Shown: positions 28,300 through 41,593, numbered from the stretch's first letter. The stretch: DNA of 64,000 nucleotides from Octopus vulgaris (GCA_951406725.2 OX597824.1:78058001-78122000); one strand, 5' to 3'. Translations and numbers: made by a program. Notes: generated from the letters alone by a model not told the origin.

Positions 28300-28900
28300 T
28301 ATGTTGCAAATTATTTTTACAAGCAACAGGTCTTCATTAGGCTCTAGTCTGCTGGAGGCTGAGTGAAAATATTATTCACTTAATTGTGAAAATTATTGGT
28401 TTGGTAGGCGTATCCTGCCAAACATTTGTTTGAAAATAGTGTTGTTCCTGTTAAGGAGTACCTAGAAGAAATTTAGAATGATTTTTTAACTGTTTTACAG
28501 TTGTGTTAAATTTTGGCCGTAACGGTGAATTGAGAATTTTTGTTTGAGAATTCTTCTTGTGAATTCTAGTGGGCGTATCTCGCCAGAAAAATATAAGAAC
28601 AAGCCATTTGGATTACCCTTTTGGATTACCTTTTGGATTACCTTTCTGGAGTATTATACAAAGGATTCCCTGTCTGTACCATTTGTGAGGTTTTTCTTTT
28701 ACTTTCCCCTTCTCCTATTTTTCTTTCTTTCTAAATTTCTTCTAGGTACTCCTTAACAGGAACAACACTAAATTTTGGTTCACTCTTTTCATTACTTTAA
28801 TTTCAGTTTCCTCCCCTCCTCTTTTATTTTGTTTTATTTTTATTCGATTTAATTTTTTTGGCAGACTGTCTTTTGAACTACTTTTGAACTGTTTTTTGAC

Positions 28901-30041
28901 ATGGCAGAGAAGGAACTTAAAAAGAAAAAACTCTGTCTTAGAGTGGGAAATTAACCCGCCTAAGCAATGGTTAAAAGATATGGAGAAGACGGTCGTACTT
29001 AGAACGTATTCTAAAGTTCTTAATTCCATCACCGTCTTCCCAAAACAAGTCATAAAACATGAACTTAAAGAACATTTGTCCTCTGTAAAATATATATCCC
29101 GTGGTGTCAAACATGCAACCGTATGGTTGCTGTTTGACAACGGGGAAAAGGCTCACCAGTTAGCGAGTCAGCCTTTAGAAGGCAAGGAAATTTTGTTTCT
29201 CCTGTCATATTGTGGAAGAAAATTAATACGAGCCTGGGTATGTGGGCTCCCCCCGGGCACCGAAGCGGATTGGATTGAAGATACCATCCGACGGGGACTG
29301 GGGGACGGCGAGCCCAGGCTCTTAAATGTAAGGGTATTGCCGGCGGTCGATTGGGAAGAGTCAAAAGCGATTTTGACCCTGTGGATCCCGTTGACCGCAA
29401 CAGAACTGGTTTTTCCAGATTTCTTGAAAATGGCTGGCTGCAGGTATCCGGTGAGACTTCAGGGACGTCCCCCAAAGTGTCACTCGCGCCTGCAGCCAGG
29501 CCACATTAAAAGGAACTGCCGAAGGACCATGGTAAGGTCCTGGAACAGTCACCAGATGCCACCTCCCCTACCCGGTCAAAGGGAGAGGTGGATGTGGTCG
29601 AGGAGGCTTCAGCCTCCTCAACTCTAAAAGGATTAAAAAGGAAGAAGGAGGGCAACAATAGTTGCCCGCCGAAGAAACCTAAGGCTTCGGGAGGCGGGGA
29701 AGAGTCTCCGGACAAAGCGGAAGAGCTCCACTCTCCCGAAGCCAGGAAGAAAAGAAAAAAAAAGAAAGAAGAAGAACGGGTCATCTCAGCAGGGAGATGA
29801 TGTGCCGACTGCATGCTCCGAAGTTGTGCCACCCACGGTGGAAGAAGCCACCCCCATTCTTAAAGATGATCAATTGATTATCTTTTTCTACAAGGGCGGG
29901 GAGGTGGAAAAAATAGTAGAAGAACATAAAGAAACAGTAGATATGCCCTTCACACGGGATCCCGAATGGGCTCCGCAGATAGCGGTGGAGGTCATAAGGT
30001 TTCCCTTGGGGGAAAGGCTTAAAGGATTTGGGGAGGAGTGA
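28901..30041 (+). pseudogene. Gag/ORF1-like nucleic-acid-binding protein with degenerate zinc knuckle, frameshifted
   Basis: ORF 28884-29627 has V.GLPP...WI and VRLQGRPPKCHSRLQPGHIKRNC (CX2CX4HX4C with second Cys lost); basic KRKK segment continues in other frames (29588-30041); ATG at 28901 is out of frame across an A run. Confidence 0.7.
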
Positions 30042-30485
30042 CGCATATGGCCGAGTGGCCCTTACACGACTTCCATGTCCTACATGAGCGAGGCATGGGA
30101 AATGGCGGGATACAGGAGCTCAAGCGGCACTGAAGATAATGATGAATATATCGATGGATATATCGAAGAGTAGGAGGTGAAATACCCTCGTTACAGAGTT
30201 TGAAACCTCACCTTATTGGACTATTTTGTAGTGGTTTATAACCTCAATTTTGTGTTTTAAGAAAGAAAAAAGAAAATATGTTAAATAAGAGGTTTTAGTG
30301 CCTCCTTGTAAAAGGTTTGAAACCTTATATTGGTTTGAAACCTTATATGGTTTCGAAAAAAATCCAATCGGCGGGTGTTGGGTTTCGTCTCTCATCTATT
30401 CATTATAATTCATTTCCTTAATATTAGTGTTTTTATCCAGCCCGCAAAGCTCTTTGTACTGTCTATATGACAAATTTATGAAATA

Positions 30486-30840
30486 AAGTAGCTTGCTTAC
30501 CAACCACATGGTTCCAGGTTCATTCCCACTGCGTGGTACCTTGGGAAAAGGCCTTCTACTATAACCTCGGGCCGACCAAAGCCTTGTGAGTGGATTTGGT
30601 AGATTGAAGCTGAAAGAAGCCCGTCTTATATATATAATGTGTATATGTGTGTGTGTGTCTGTGTTTGTCGCCCCCAACATCGATTGACAACGGATGCTGG
30701 TGTGTTTACGTCCCCCGTAACTTAGCGGTTCGGCAAAAGAGACCGATAGAATAAGTACTAGGCTTACAAAGAATAAGTCCTGGGGTCGATTTGCTTGACT
30801 AAAGGCCGCAGTCGAATGACTGAAAGAAGTAAAAAAGTAT
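30486..30840 (+). mobile_element. SINE family A, body of the interrupted copy
   Basis: Continues exactly from the head fragment at 27678-27706. Confidence 0.88.
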
Positions 30841-31200
30841 ATGTATATATATATATAACTGAACAGTTCGGTAAAGAACCAAAAATATAAGTCCCTGATT
30901 TAAAAGATAGATACAGGGTGCAATTTTTTCGACTAAACCTTTCAAGCCAGAGTCCTTGCGTGGCTGTAGTTCAATGACCGAAACAAGTAAAATGTAAAAG
31001 AAAATATTCCCCTAAATACAATGACTGAATAAAAAGAAAATAATAATAAGGGATGGGCACAGAATGGAACGCCAGACTAAGTTTACCACGGGATAATCAA
31101 CTACGGCAACGACGAAAACAAAAAAGAACGATGATAGTCTCAGATAAATTGTGTCTGAATAAAAAGACGAGATGGCCACGGGCTAGAACGATTTAGGGGG

Positions 31201-31503
31201 TACTAGTAGCGTAGACTGGACCCGGTTTGTGCACACGCGCAGACGCGCGTCCGTGCTAGCCAGACGTAGGCAGTCGATCCTACGAGCTGACTGGCGCATG
31301 CACGATATATACGATATATACTTGTATCGATATATACAATATATACTTGTATATATACGACATATACTTGTCTCGTATACAAGTATATATCGTATATATC
31401 GTGCATACGCCAGTCCGCTCGTAGGATCGACTGCCTACGTCTGGTTAGTACGGACACGCGTCTGCGCGTCTGCGCAAATCGGGTCCAATCTACGCTACTA
31501 GTA
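31201..31503. mobile_element. Palindromic MITE/foldback element
   Basis: About 125-bp inverted arms tactagtagcgtaga...atatatacttgtat / atacaagtatatat...tctacgctactagta. Confidence 0.85.
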
Positions 31504-31767
31504 CCGGTTTAGAGTCAGGTCTAGCTTGAGGCTAAAAAGCAACAACGGCATACAACACCAGCAACGAAAATAACTCTCACGCCAAACAGCCACAACATCT
31601 GTTATCAATGGACGTCTGTTAATCCTCTTTAAGCAAAAAGAAAGCCGTGCGAATGACAGAAACGCTATTGTTGTTATTGTCGTTGTTGTTGCTGTTTTGT
31701 TGCTGCTACTGCTGCCACTGCTGTTATTGCTGTAGTTGTTGTTGTTATTGTTGCTGCTGCTGCTGCT

Positions 31768-32150
31768 TGTTTGTTTGTTTGTTGAGCGAAGCAGTCTTCG
31801 TCCCATGTCTGTAGTGGGAGAAGTCCGAAACGTGGTCCTTTGCTATTCGTAAGACCCGCAGAAGAGAATGCAGGTCAACCTCCCGACACCGAGAGCATCG
31901 ACGGATGGATGAATGCGCATCCAGGCTCAGCGGTTGCGTAGGAAGTCGGTTACAAGAAACAGGAAGAAAGAGTGAGAGAAAGTTGGAGTGAAAGAGTACA
32001 ACAGGGGTCGCCACCATCCCCTGCCTGAGCCTCGTGGAGCTTTAGGTGTTTTCACTCAATAAACACACACAACGCCCGGTCTGGAAATCGAAACCGAGAT
32101 CTTCCGACCGCGAGTCCGCTGCCCTAACCACTGGGCCATTACGCCTCCTC
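31768..32150 (-). mobile_element. SINE with family-B head and a distinct 3' tail
   Basis: Reverse complement ggaggcgtaatggcccagtggttagggcagcggactcgcgg...ctcactctttcttcctgtttc, then an unrelated tail ending in (CAAA)n. Confidence 0.85.
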
Positions 32151-32182
32151 CTGCTGCTGCTGTTTTATTGCTGATCCTATTA

Positions 32183-33410
32183 CACTGGACAGCAAAGATT
32201 TTGCTACTGGGGTAAAAGCATGTTTTAGACTAAATCGAGGATGCTGATCCCGAATCTGCCCTCAGAATTACTCCAGCACGTCAGGGTTTTGAGTTATAAA
32301 CAAGATTATAACTATACTTTCGGCTAGATATAGGCCACATTATAAAATTTGCTGAAGTGAAAGTGGTGTTAATTCACAATTAAAGAAATAACACCAATAA
32401 AACAAACGATAAGGAAGTCCGTTATTTAGTTTAGCAATAGATGGCGCTGACGTACTGTGTGCAAGCGCCATATACGTCAGTTTGTTCTTGATAACAAATA
32501 CGTCGTTTTGATTTTGGTGTCGTTTGCGCTGCCGTCACGTGTGGTATGTGTATCTCTCGCTCTACGTGACTACTGATTTAACTGTATTCATTGTGTTACA
32601 TCATGAATAGGAGAGTATGTGTGAATAACCCAGAGAACTTTTGTTGACTGTGGAAAATTTGCTCCACGTGACTAGCCACCAAACAAGAACATTGCCACCA
32701 AACTAAAAACTGACTATAAATATTTATTTCTTTACTACCCACAAGGGGTTAAACACAGAGGGGACAAACAAGGACAGACAAAGGGATTAAGTTGACTACA
32801 TCGACCCCAGTGCGTAACTGGTACTTAATTTATCGACCCCGAAAGGATGAAAGGCAAAGTCGACCTCGGCGGAATTTGAACTCGGAACGTAACGACAGAC
32901 GAATTTCGCCCGGCGTGCTAACGTTTCTACCAGCTCGCCGCCTTTTAACTGACTATAAATATTAACTGACTATAAATATTATTTCGGATGTAAAGGTGGG
33001 GCCGAAGACAAGAGGTGGGTAACTCATATATGCAGCACCGTATGTTACTCAGGGATTACACAGTGGCTGAATGGAAAACGGAAGGCAATATCTTCGGCTG
33101 CACCAAAGGCAAGGGGTGAGCCAACCAATCACGTGTCTGATTGTTGCTTTTGTATTTCTGATATTAGTGGTTTCTCAAAGAAAACCAAAGCAAAAATTGT
33201 GTATGCAAATTGTAAGTCTGCTCTAAAACATGTTTAATATGACTTCGAGAACCCTTTCTCAGTTCCTATCTCACATGATTCACTTGAAGACATTCGCACG
33301 TCGCACGATGACTCCACTGATGCTCCTATCGACGAAAAGTACGTAGTTGATTCAAGGAAAATTGAGCTACGCTTCTTTAATCAAGAATATTTGAACGAAT
33401 TAGTTATTTG
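32183..33410 (+). mobile_element. Chapaev3-like DNA transposon 5' remnant with decayed transposase
   Basis: tta|CACTG left end; ATG 32603 MNRRVCVNNPENFC; then YFGCKGGAEDKRWVTHICSTVC...WLNGKRK...EPTNHVSDCCFCISDISGFSKK...IVY, resembling YFG..LGDQDK.WAPH..C..C / WREP.NH..DCYFC. Superfamily name from recall. Confidence 0.65.
32723..32944 (-). mobile_element. SINE family C interrupting the transposase
   Basis: TSD aactgactataaatatt at 32708-32724, then twice at 32947-32980. Confidence 0.9.
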
Positions 33411-34029
33411 AGGGTGATTTATGATAGGTGTGGCTATTATTTCTTACAGTTCGAACAACCTTGTAAAGACTACTTCGCCGACTTGGCGATAATACATTTC
33501 GTATCGTGTGAGCTTGTACTTGTTAGTTCTTTTCGCTTAGTTATATATTTCTACGACATTGGCTAGCAGATATCTTTTGTAACATTCATACAAGCACGCA
33601 ATACTTTTTTATTATCTGATATACAGATAAAAAAAAAACCGCACACTGTTTCGCCCGTAGACAGGCACATACATACACACACCTGCTTGCATGCGAAGTA
33701 AATTAAGAAATACACACGCAAACAATAAAAACACAAAACAAAACAAAACAAAAACAAACACAAATGCAAAATATACAAACAAAAATAAAGGAAATGAATA
33801 TTAAACAACTCTTGAAAGAATTATCATTCGAAGAATTTTTCAGATGTAAAGGATTTTAATACAAATAATAATAATAATAATAAAAAAACAGGAAAAATTG
33901 TAAATATCCGTCAAAAATATTGTTCGAAGAGATTTAACACAACAAACAATACATAAAGCAAGGCAAAAACGAATAAATAAATACATGTTATTAGGCCAGG
34001 AAATAATGACAATAGCAATATTAACGTGA

Positions 34030-34383
34030 AGTAGTAGTAGTAGTTGTTGTAGTAGTAGAAGTAGTAGTAGTAGTAGTAGTAGCAGTAGTAGTAGTAGTAG
34101 TAGTAGCAGCAGCAGCAGAAGTAGTAGTAGTAGTTGTAGTAGTAGGGGGATGGCGGTGGCGGTGGGTTAGTAGTAGTAGTATAAATAGTGGTGGTGGCGG
34201 TGATAGTGATGGTGGTGGTGATAGTGGTGGTGGTGGTGGTGGTGGCGGCGGCGGCGGTGATAGTGGGTTAGTAGTAGTAGTGGGTTAGTAGTAGTAGTAG
34301 TAGTAGTAGTATAAATAGTGGTGCTGGTGGTGGTGAAGGCGGCGACGGTGGTGGTGGGTTTTTATTATTATTATTATTATTAC

Positions 34384-34418
<35 letters not shown>

Positions 34419-34499
34419 TAAATAGTGGTGCTGGTGGTGGTGAAGGCGGCGACAGTGGTAGTGGGTTTTTATTATTATTATTATTATTATTATTACTAA

Positions 34500-34549
<50 letters not shown>

Positions 34550-34600
34550 TAAATAGTAGTGGTGGTGGTGGTGGTGGTGGTGGTGGTGGTGATGGCGGGG
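34030..34600. repeat. Compound (TAG)n/(GGT)n/(TTA)n repeat with about 115-bp higher-order duplication
   Basis: ataaatagtggtgctggtggtggtgaaggcggcgac block repeated near 34311 and 34417. Confidence 0.9.
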
Positions 34601-34752
34601 TGTTTATGAAAATAAGGACCAAAAGAAACTATAACGCTGGCAGTAATAAACTGATAAACAGTTTAATGTTGGAACTTAAAATAAAGGCGCAGAGGAAACT
34701 ATTGTGGAGTTCAAGAAATCTTTGTTACGAAAGTAGAAAAAAAAAGAGAACA

Positions 34753-34783
<31 letters not shown>

Positions 34784-35567
34784 AAACACATAATAAATAA
34801 ATCTGAGAAAACCAAGTTTATTTTCTGGAAAAAGAAAAATATTACCTTGTTATAAAAATAAAAGAAGGTAAATATTAATTTTGTATGATTTAAATCAATT
34901 TTATGATGCTTTCTCTCCGAACAAGTAACACTATAATCACCACCACTACCATCAAAGTCACCAGCATTACTACCAATGTCGCAACCACTAATACCAGAAC
35001 ATATAATCCCAGATTTAATCAGCAGTGGTACTGGTAGTAAATAAGAACGACACAAGTTCTTGACAGACGCTCGATAATCCCTTTTGTTAGACAAATTACA
35101 TGTTGGATTTACTTTCTAAAATGTTCTCTCCATAATTACAATGGCTGTCTTTCTTGTTCTCGAATTTGTTTTTACTGGTTTGGATATTTCCCCTAAGCTT
35201 TGTAGTTTTGTGGTATTAAACAACAGGTGAATAATTCTTCTGTATTTAATGCATTAACATTCTAATGAAATAATACCGAGTCGGCGATGAATCGTGTACA
35301 CGTTTGTAAGGCTTGCTTGCTTGAAAGTAAACAGATCTCAGTCGTATCATCAGGCACAACCGACTTAAACAGCAACAAACAAAACAAAAAAAGGGATTCG
35401 CTGTATAACGACGCTTTGTGAGTGAATTTGGTAAGCAGAAACAGAGGAACTGTGCAGAATATTGTCTTTAAAATGCATACATCCTCACACACACACACGC
35501 ACACTCACAAATACATGTTGGTATATAAATATATGTAAATATGCAATGTATGCATATAATACATACA

Positions 35568-35763
35568 TACTCTTTTACTTGCTTCAGTCATTTGACTGTG
35601 GCCATGCGGGAGCACTGCCTTTAGTCGAGCATATCGACTTATTCTTTGTAAGCCTAGTCCTTAGTCTATCGGTGTCTTTTGCCGAACCGCTAAGTTACAG
35701 GGACGTAAACACACCAGTATCGGTTATCAAGCGATGTTGAAGGGACAAACACAGACACACAAA

Positions 35764-35851
<88 letters not shown>

Positions 35852-35876
35852 TACGACGGGCTTCTTTCAGTTTCCG
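35568..35876 (-). mobile_element. SINE family A, 5'-truncated
   Basis: 3' half plus internal microsatellite. Confidence 0.85.
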
Positions 35877-37098
35877 TATGAAAGGTGATTGGAAGTGGAG
35901 ATTCTTAATGACACAATCATGCCTACACCTACGTGCAACTGTGTTTCTGCTTTTTGTGCTCTTAGGTCTGAGTTCAAACCTCCATAATGGCCTATTTGTG
36001 TGGTAGACTTCAAACCATCATCCGGTTGAACACTGCCGACTGACTCCTGAGTACTTTAACGAAGTCAAATCTGTTGTAATCGTTTTGGCCACATATCCAG
36101 GCAATGATAACTTCCTCCTCCGAAAACAAGCATCGGAGGGTCTGTAAGAGACGATTGCCAATACTATTTCTTTTGACTAAACTATGAAAAATATACCCGT
36201 GTAGACTGCATTTTAGATACATTCCCAGCTCAATCTTTGACTTGCATTAAATTACCGGCTAATTTACCAATACGCTTGGACGTAATTTCAATCTAAATAT
36301 ACACAAATAAGGATGATATTTCCTCCTACATTATATCTAATGTAGCTACGTGTAAACATATCCTTTGTTAGATCTAAGCAAAGAAAACTTATATTAAACT
36401 TTCTGATATTTCATAATTCTATGTTATTTGATTAATCAAACACAGCAACACTTCATATTAAATTAATCTTATATAACAAAATAAGAAAAGTATTCTACAT
36501 ACCTAAAACATGTATAGATAAATATATATATTCCGTTTCGGACGTATTTTAATTCCCGTGTCTAAGATGCTATTTCCTAAAATAAGTCCGGAAATGTTGT
36601 AATTCATCCCAAAAGACTATGGTTACGTTTTATGTAAGCTAATTTTATTTGCAGGAGGGGGGTTATCTATTCTAGACAATAACCAAGTCTCCGTACTGTA
36701 GGAGTAAAAATGAAATATACAGAATATAAACAATCAATGGAGTCGTTATGTCGCTAAACCGCTAATAAAAGATTTTGGTAATGTATAGGAAGGCGCGCAG
36801 ATTTTATTTTTATGTCTACACACACACCCACACAGAGAAACAAAAGCATACACACATACATACATACATACATGCATACATACATACATATACATTCATG
36901 CACATACAACTATATGTGTGTATGTGTGTGTGTGTGTGTGTGTGTGTACAGATGTGCGTGTGTGTGTCCGCATGTTTCTTTTTCTTTAATTTAGAGTCAA
37001 CATTGACTGACCACCCACTTAGTAACAAAGGAAAACATCTGTATTTATGTATGTTTGAATGTAATTATATATGTTCTAATCCAGTAGATATGTATGTA

Positions 37099-37156
<58 letters not shown>

Positions 37157-37176
37157 AATATATATATATATAATAA

Positions 37177-37397
37177 ATGCGCCCTTTTAAAGCCTAGCCA
37201 GACTCATGGGCCCGGATTCCCGGTTTCTATGACGTGCGTGTTCTCCAGCTAGACGGGACGCCAGTCCATCGCAGCCTTACTCATTTTTGCCAACTGAGTG
37301 GACTGGAGTAACGTCGAGTTGCTCGATTAAAGGCGGTGCTCCAGCATGGCCGCAGTCAAATGACTGAAACAAGAAAAAGACTAAAAGAGTAAAGAGT
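37177..37397. mobile_element. SINE D 3' part (minus) fused to SINE A 3' tail (plus)
   Basis: 37177-37313 is the reverse complement of about 10830-10970; 37314-37397 matches the SINE A tail. Confidence 0.75.
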
Positions 37398-37689
37398 ATA
37401 TATATATATATATATATATACACATGAAAGGCAAAGTCCGCCTCGGCAGACGAAATACCGCTAAGTATATCGCTCCAAGTGCTAACGTTTCTGCTAATTC
37501 ACCGCCTTACAAACAAACAAATAATAATAAACTTTCGAAGGTTTTAGTTAAATAAATCGAGCCTAATACTTATTTTTAAGCTTGATAAGTATTCGATCGA
37601 TCTCAAATGCCGAAAAGCTAAACTGCAGTAACGAAAACAAACCAACAGCGGATTCCAGTGCAGTTGCGGTCAAATACATGCGCAAACAA

Positions 37690-37750
<61 letters not shown>

Positions 37751-37755
37751 CAGAC

Positions 37756-37806
<51 letters not shown>

Positions 37807-38293
37807 CAGATAGATATTACGTACTTCCATTTTGTTCCCTGAATGTTATTTACGTGAAAAGTAACTGGATGTATGCAACATTGATCTAATTGAAATCGAA
37901 AAAATACGACAATTTAATTACCAAACATTGCATTAACGGTGTCTATTAGTAAAGCGTATTAGCATTAGTATACCGATTAAACATAAAGATGTACATTTGC
38001 CTTCGCGCGTAAGCATATATATATATATGCATATGTAAACTGAAGTACATCCACATAGATACTGTCTGTATTGTAATATTTTCGTCGTCGGAATTTCTAT
38101 AAATCAAATTAAATACTTGACGATATCATTTTCATCAAATTGTCATTTAATGTTTTTGAGGGTTTTTTTTCTTTTTCCTGAAGCCGAATTAATATTTTCA
38201 TATTTTACTATAAATTTTCGTTATGAAGAACAGGTGATATTTTTCAGTTTGCAATGACTTTCTTCAAATTCTGTCATAAAATAACTGCTTTAT

Positions 38294-38337
<44 letters not shown>

Positions 38338-38694
38338 AGTAAAACGTCCTCCCCCTCTCCAATGGACGGTGCTGCGTTGTCAAACATTTAAACCAAATTT
38401 CCTCAAAATAACTTGTCCGACCGTCCCATAGGCCTCCCCTTTGAGAAACGCTGATTTAACCTAAATTTGAGACACCAGCAAAAGACGGATTTCGACTGAT
38501 GTACTTGCGCGTACAAATGCACGTTTCCACGGCTTTATCGATCGCATTCTCACCTGGAGAAGTTATAATCACTATTAAACAGACAAATGTTTCACTCAGA
38601 AGAGCGTAGATTCCAGTTCACATGTAGCACATTCTAATTATGTATGTATGTATGTGTGTATGTATGTATGTATGTGTGTATGTATGTATGTACG

Positions 38695-38728
<34 letters not shown>

Positions 38729-39021
38729 TGTATGTATGTATGGTTAAGTAGGTTAAGGAGGTGTTGACACTTTTCAGAGAGCACATATTCTGCATGAAGA
38801 ACTTAAGCGTGCTGCTCGAAAGTGCACTGCTGGGGTAGTGAATGGGAAAGCTTGGTTTGCAATGCTTGTAGACATGTACGCTTGTCAAGAGCAGGACTCA
38901 TTAGCCACCAATGGAGCCGCAAATGAAAATATATGTCAGTTCTAGAGAACACAATGTTCCTGAATGACAGCAATGGTCTTCCTCGGTCACGAGTGGACGG
39001 TCGTCATGTATGTGTGTATGT

Positions 39022-39893
39022 AGATAAAACTTACTTAGAAAAAGATGCGTGGCGTTCAATCATATAATAATATAAATAATATATAAATATATACATATAT
39101 ACATACATATATGTACATTACTACATATATATGTATATATACATGCATATATGGGTACCGGACATCAAAAAAATACGTTGAACACAATGAGAGACGAAAA
39201 CATGAAAACAAAAACAGAAACGAACTTTTTTTCGAACCACGAAAAAAACAAACAGAGAAACGAGACATACAACATAAAGAATATTCCCCTTCTTCAGTTC
39301 AGTTGTCCCTGTTTCAGATACTCCACGTTTGAAGGCAAGGACAGGACGCGACTTCGTTGAAACAATCCTTCCCGCAAAGCAAATTAAATAAAATTTTGAA
39401 TTTTTTGCGGAGGGTGAAAGTTGTAAGAAGAACAGGACGGTGAGAACAAAACAATAAAATGAACAGGACAGTGAGAAGAGGACAGTGAGAACAAACCAGC
39501 AAAAGCAAACGGTGAGGGCTGTTAAGCCAAAACGATAGAAAAATTATTATGAACGCGAGGAAGACGAGCTTATGAAAGAGACAATATAAGCACGTTTTTT
39601 TTTACGAAAGTTGTGGGCAGAAAGACAGATTATCTTTTGTCACGTGTCAGCGACGAGAGAGTCGAGGAGGAGTATTGAGAGAGAGGGAACGGTGAAGAGG
39701 AGAGGAGAAGAATAGGGAAGGGTGGGAGAGAAAACCAGAAACGATGAAGAACAAGAGAGGGAGAGAGAGAGGGAGAGAGATAGACATAGAAAAGATAGTA
39801 AAGGTAGAAGAGTGCGCATCGTAATTATTAAGATAAAACTTACTTAGAAAAGGATGCGTGGTGTTCGATCATATAATAATATAAATAATATAT
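39022..39893. mobile_element. Unclassified element with about 63-bp terminal direct repeats (possibly Penelope-derived)
   Basis: agataaaacttacttagaaaa.gatgcgtgg.gttc.atcatataataatataaataatatat at 39022-39084 and 39831-39893. Confidence 0.6.
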
Positions 39894-40527
39894 GTATGTC
39901 TCTTCTTTATTTTCAATCATTTAAATTCTTCCTCTGAAGAAGGAGCTGGTTTCTAACAAAGATGCAATGCCCCATCGTTGGAATGTATATAACAAAAACA
40001 ATGTCACATGTTAAACCTGAGAAAAGCCTTCCGCTTACTGACTGTATTTATTATGTGCGAATCAGTTAGTTGATTTCTTGTTCTGAAAATCCATTCTTAT
40101 CCAGATTGACAGTTAAGCATTTACTTAGAAAACCAAGAGCTCCAATTATTATTGCTATAAATGTAAATTTGTAATCTGGATATAAAAACTGGTGGTTTCG
40201 AAGCAATTGTCCATAGTTACGCATGTATGTATGTATGTATGTATGTATGTATGTATGTATGTATGTATGTATGCTGTCGTGCGGTTTCTGTCGGTAGTAT
40301 TAGTTTCAGTTGTTATCGTGTTAGCGAAACCCTACGTGGTATAAGCTTTTTTTTAATTATTATTTTCGTCTGAATAACGCAACGTTCCTAAGTAAACCGT
40401 ATCTGTCTTATTTATAACTGGAGAAATTAAACCAGTTTCTTATTTAAGCTGAAGTAGTCGGCATAAATATTGAAGAAAACTCTCAAAGCGTCCGTCTATG
40501 CCTGCACGTTTGATGTTGACAGCGCCG

Positions 40528-40712
40528 TATGTATGTATGTATATATGTATGTATGTATGTAGGTAGGTAGGTAGGTAGGTAGGTAGGTAGGTAGGTAGGT
40601 AGGTAGACAGCTAGGTAGGTAGGTAGGTAAGTATGTATGTAGGTAGGTAGGTATGTAGGTAGGTAGGTAGGTAGGTAGGTAGGTAGGTAGGTAGGTAGGT
40701 AGACAGCTAGAT
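40528..40712. repeat. (TAGG)n/(TATG)n microsatellite
   Basis: Direct reading. Confidence 0.95.
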
Positions 40713-41499
40713 AAGGTAGTTAGGTAAAGGTGAGTCTCATTATTTCCGATGATTTCAGCATTTAGAAACAAATAGAATAAAATTAAATGCGTCGATTAAG
40801 AAAAACTATATAGCTTTTAGCTAACATTATGCTGTGACCGATAAAGCAACAGAAAATTCTGCGAATATTTGTAGGAAACCCCACAGACATCAGCAGAAAT
40901 GTAGACTTCCGATTTGGTTACTAGTGCGGCAATAACTAGCTTATATTACTGTGTGTCTATTAAAAAAATTAGATCCACCGAAAACGCTGAGAAATAAGAT
41001 TAATTGTCTAACTATAAAAAGTACGGTAACTGTACAAATGATTGCTTTCTTATGTGTTCAATATTCGCATGAGATATAAGAGGGATTTAGTGTGGAAGTT
41101 ATTAAATTAGTTTAGTAAATTAGTTTAGTTTAACCCTTGAACAATATATATCTTTTTCAGTTACTGTATGCCTAGTATGAAATCGTATAGGCTATAGTAC
41201 AGCCAATGACGGTTAAAAGGCACAAAACTTTCCCAGTTATTTCCCTTAGAAATTCGACAGATGGGGAATAATTTAAGCTAACCCAAAATACTTGTTTTCT
41301 ATTCACCACATATAACCAACATAATAGAGGGCTTTGTTTTGTCAAGTTGGAAACAATACGAATAATCAAATCCATCTTTTTATCAAGCAGATCAACACAC
41401 ACACACACACATATATATATATGTGTGTGTGTGTGTGTCAGTGTGTTTGTGTGTGTGTATGCATGCATGCATGGACACACACACACACACATATATATG

Positions 41500-41540
<41 letters not shown>

Positions 41541-41593
41541 ATATATGAGAAAGGGTACTTACGCGCAACGTGTGCGTGTGTGTTGATCTGCTG

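Larger units (their letters stand above)
27707..30485 (+). mobile_element. ORF1-only (HAL1/Tx1-like) retroelement inserted in a SINE A head, 15-bp TSD
   Basis: TSD aagtagcttgcttac at 27692-27706 and 30486-30500 splits one SINE A (27678-27706 plus 30486-30840); AATAAA at 3' end; gag-like ORF inside; no RT seen. Confidence 0.8.

Noticed and set aside
31805-31840. Hammerhead-like ctgtagtg-gga gaag tcc-gaaac
   Set aside because: Two core mismatches and no convincing stem I
35290-35356. Minus-strand CTGATGA with a nearby gtgtacac palindrome
   Set aside because: No GAAA strand or stem II could be built
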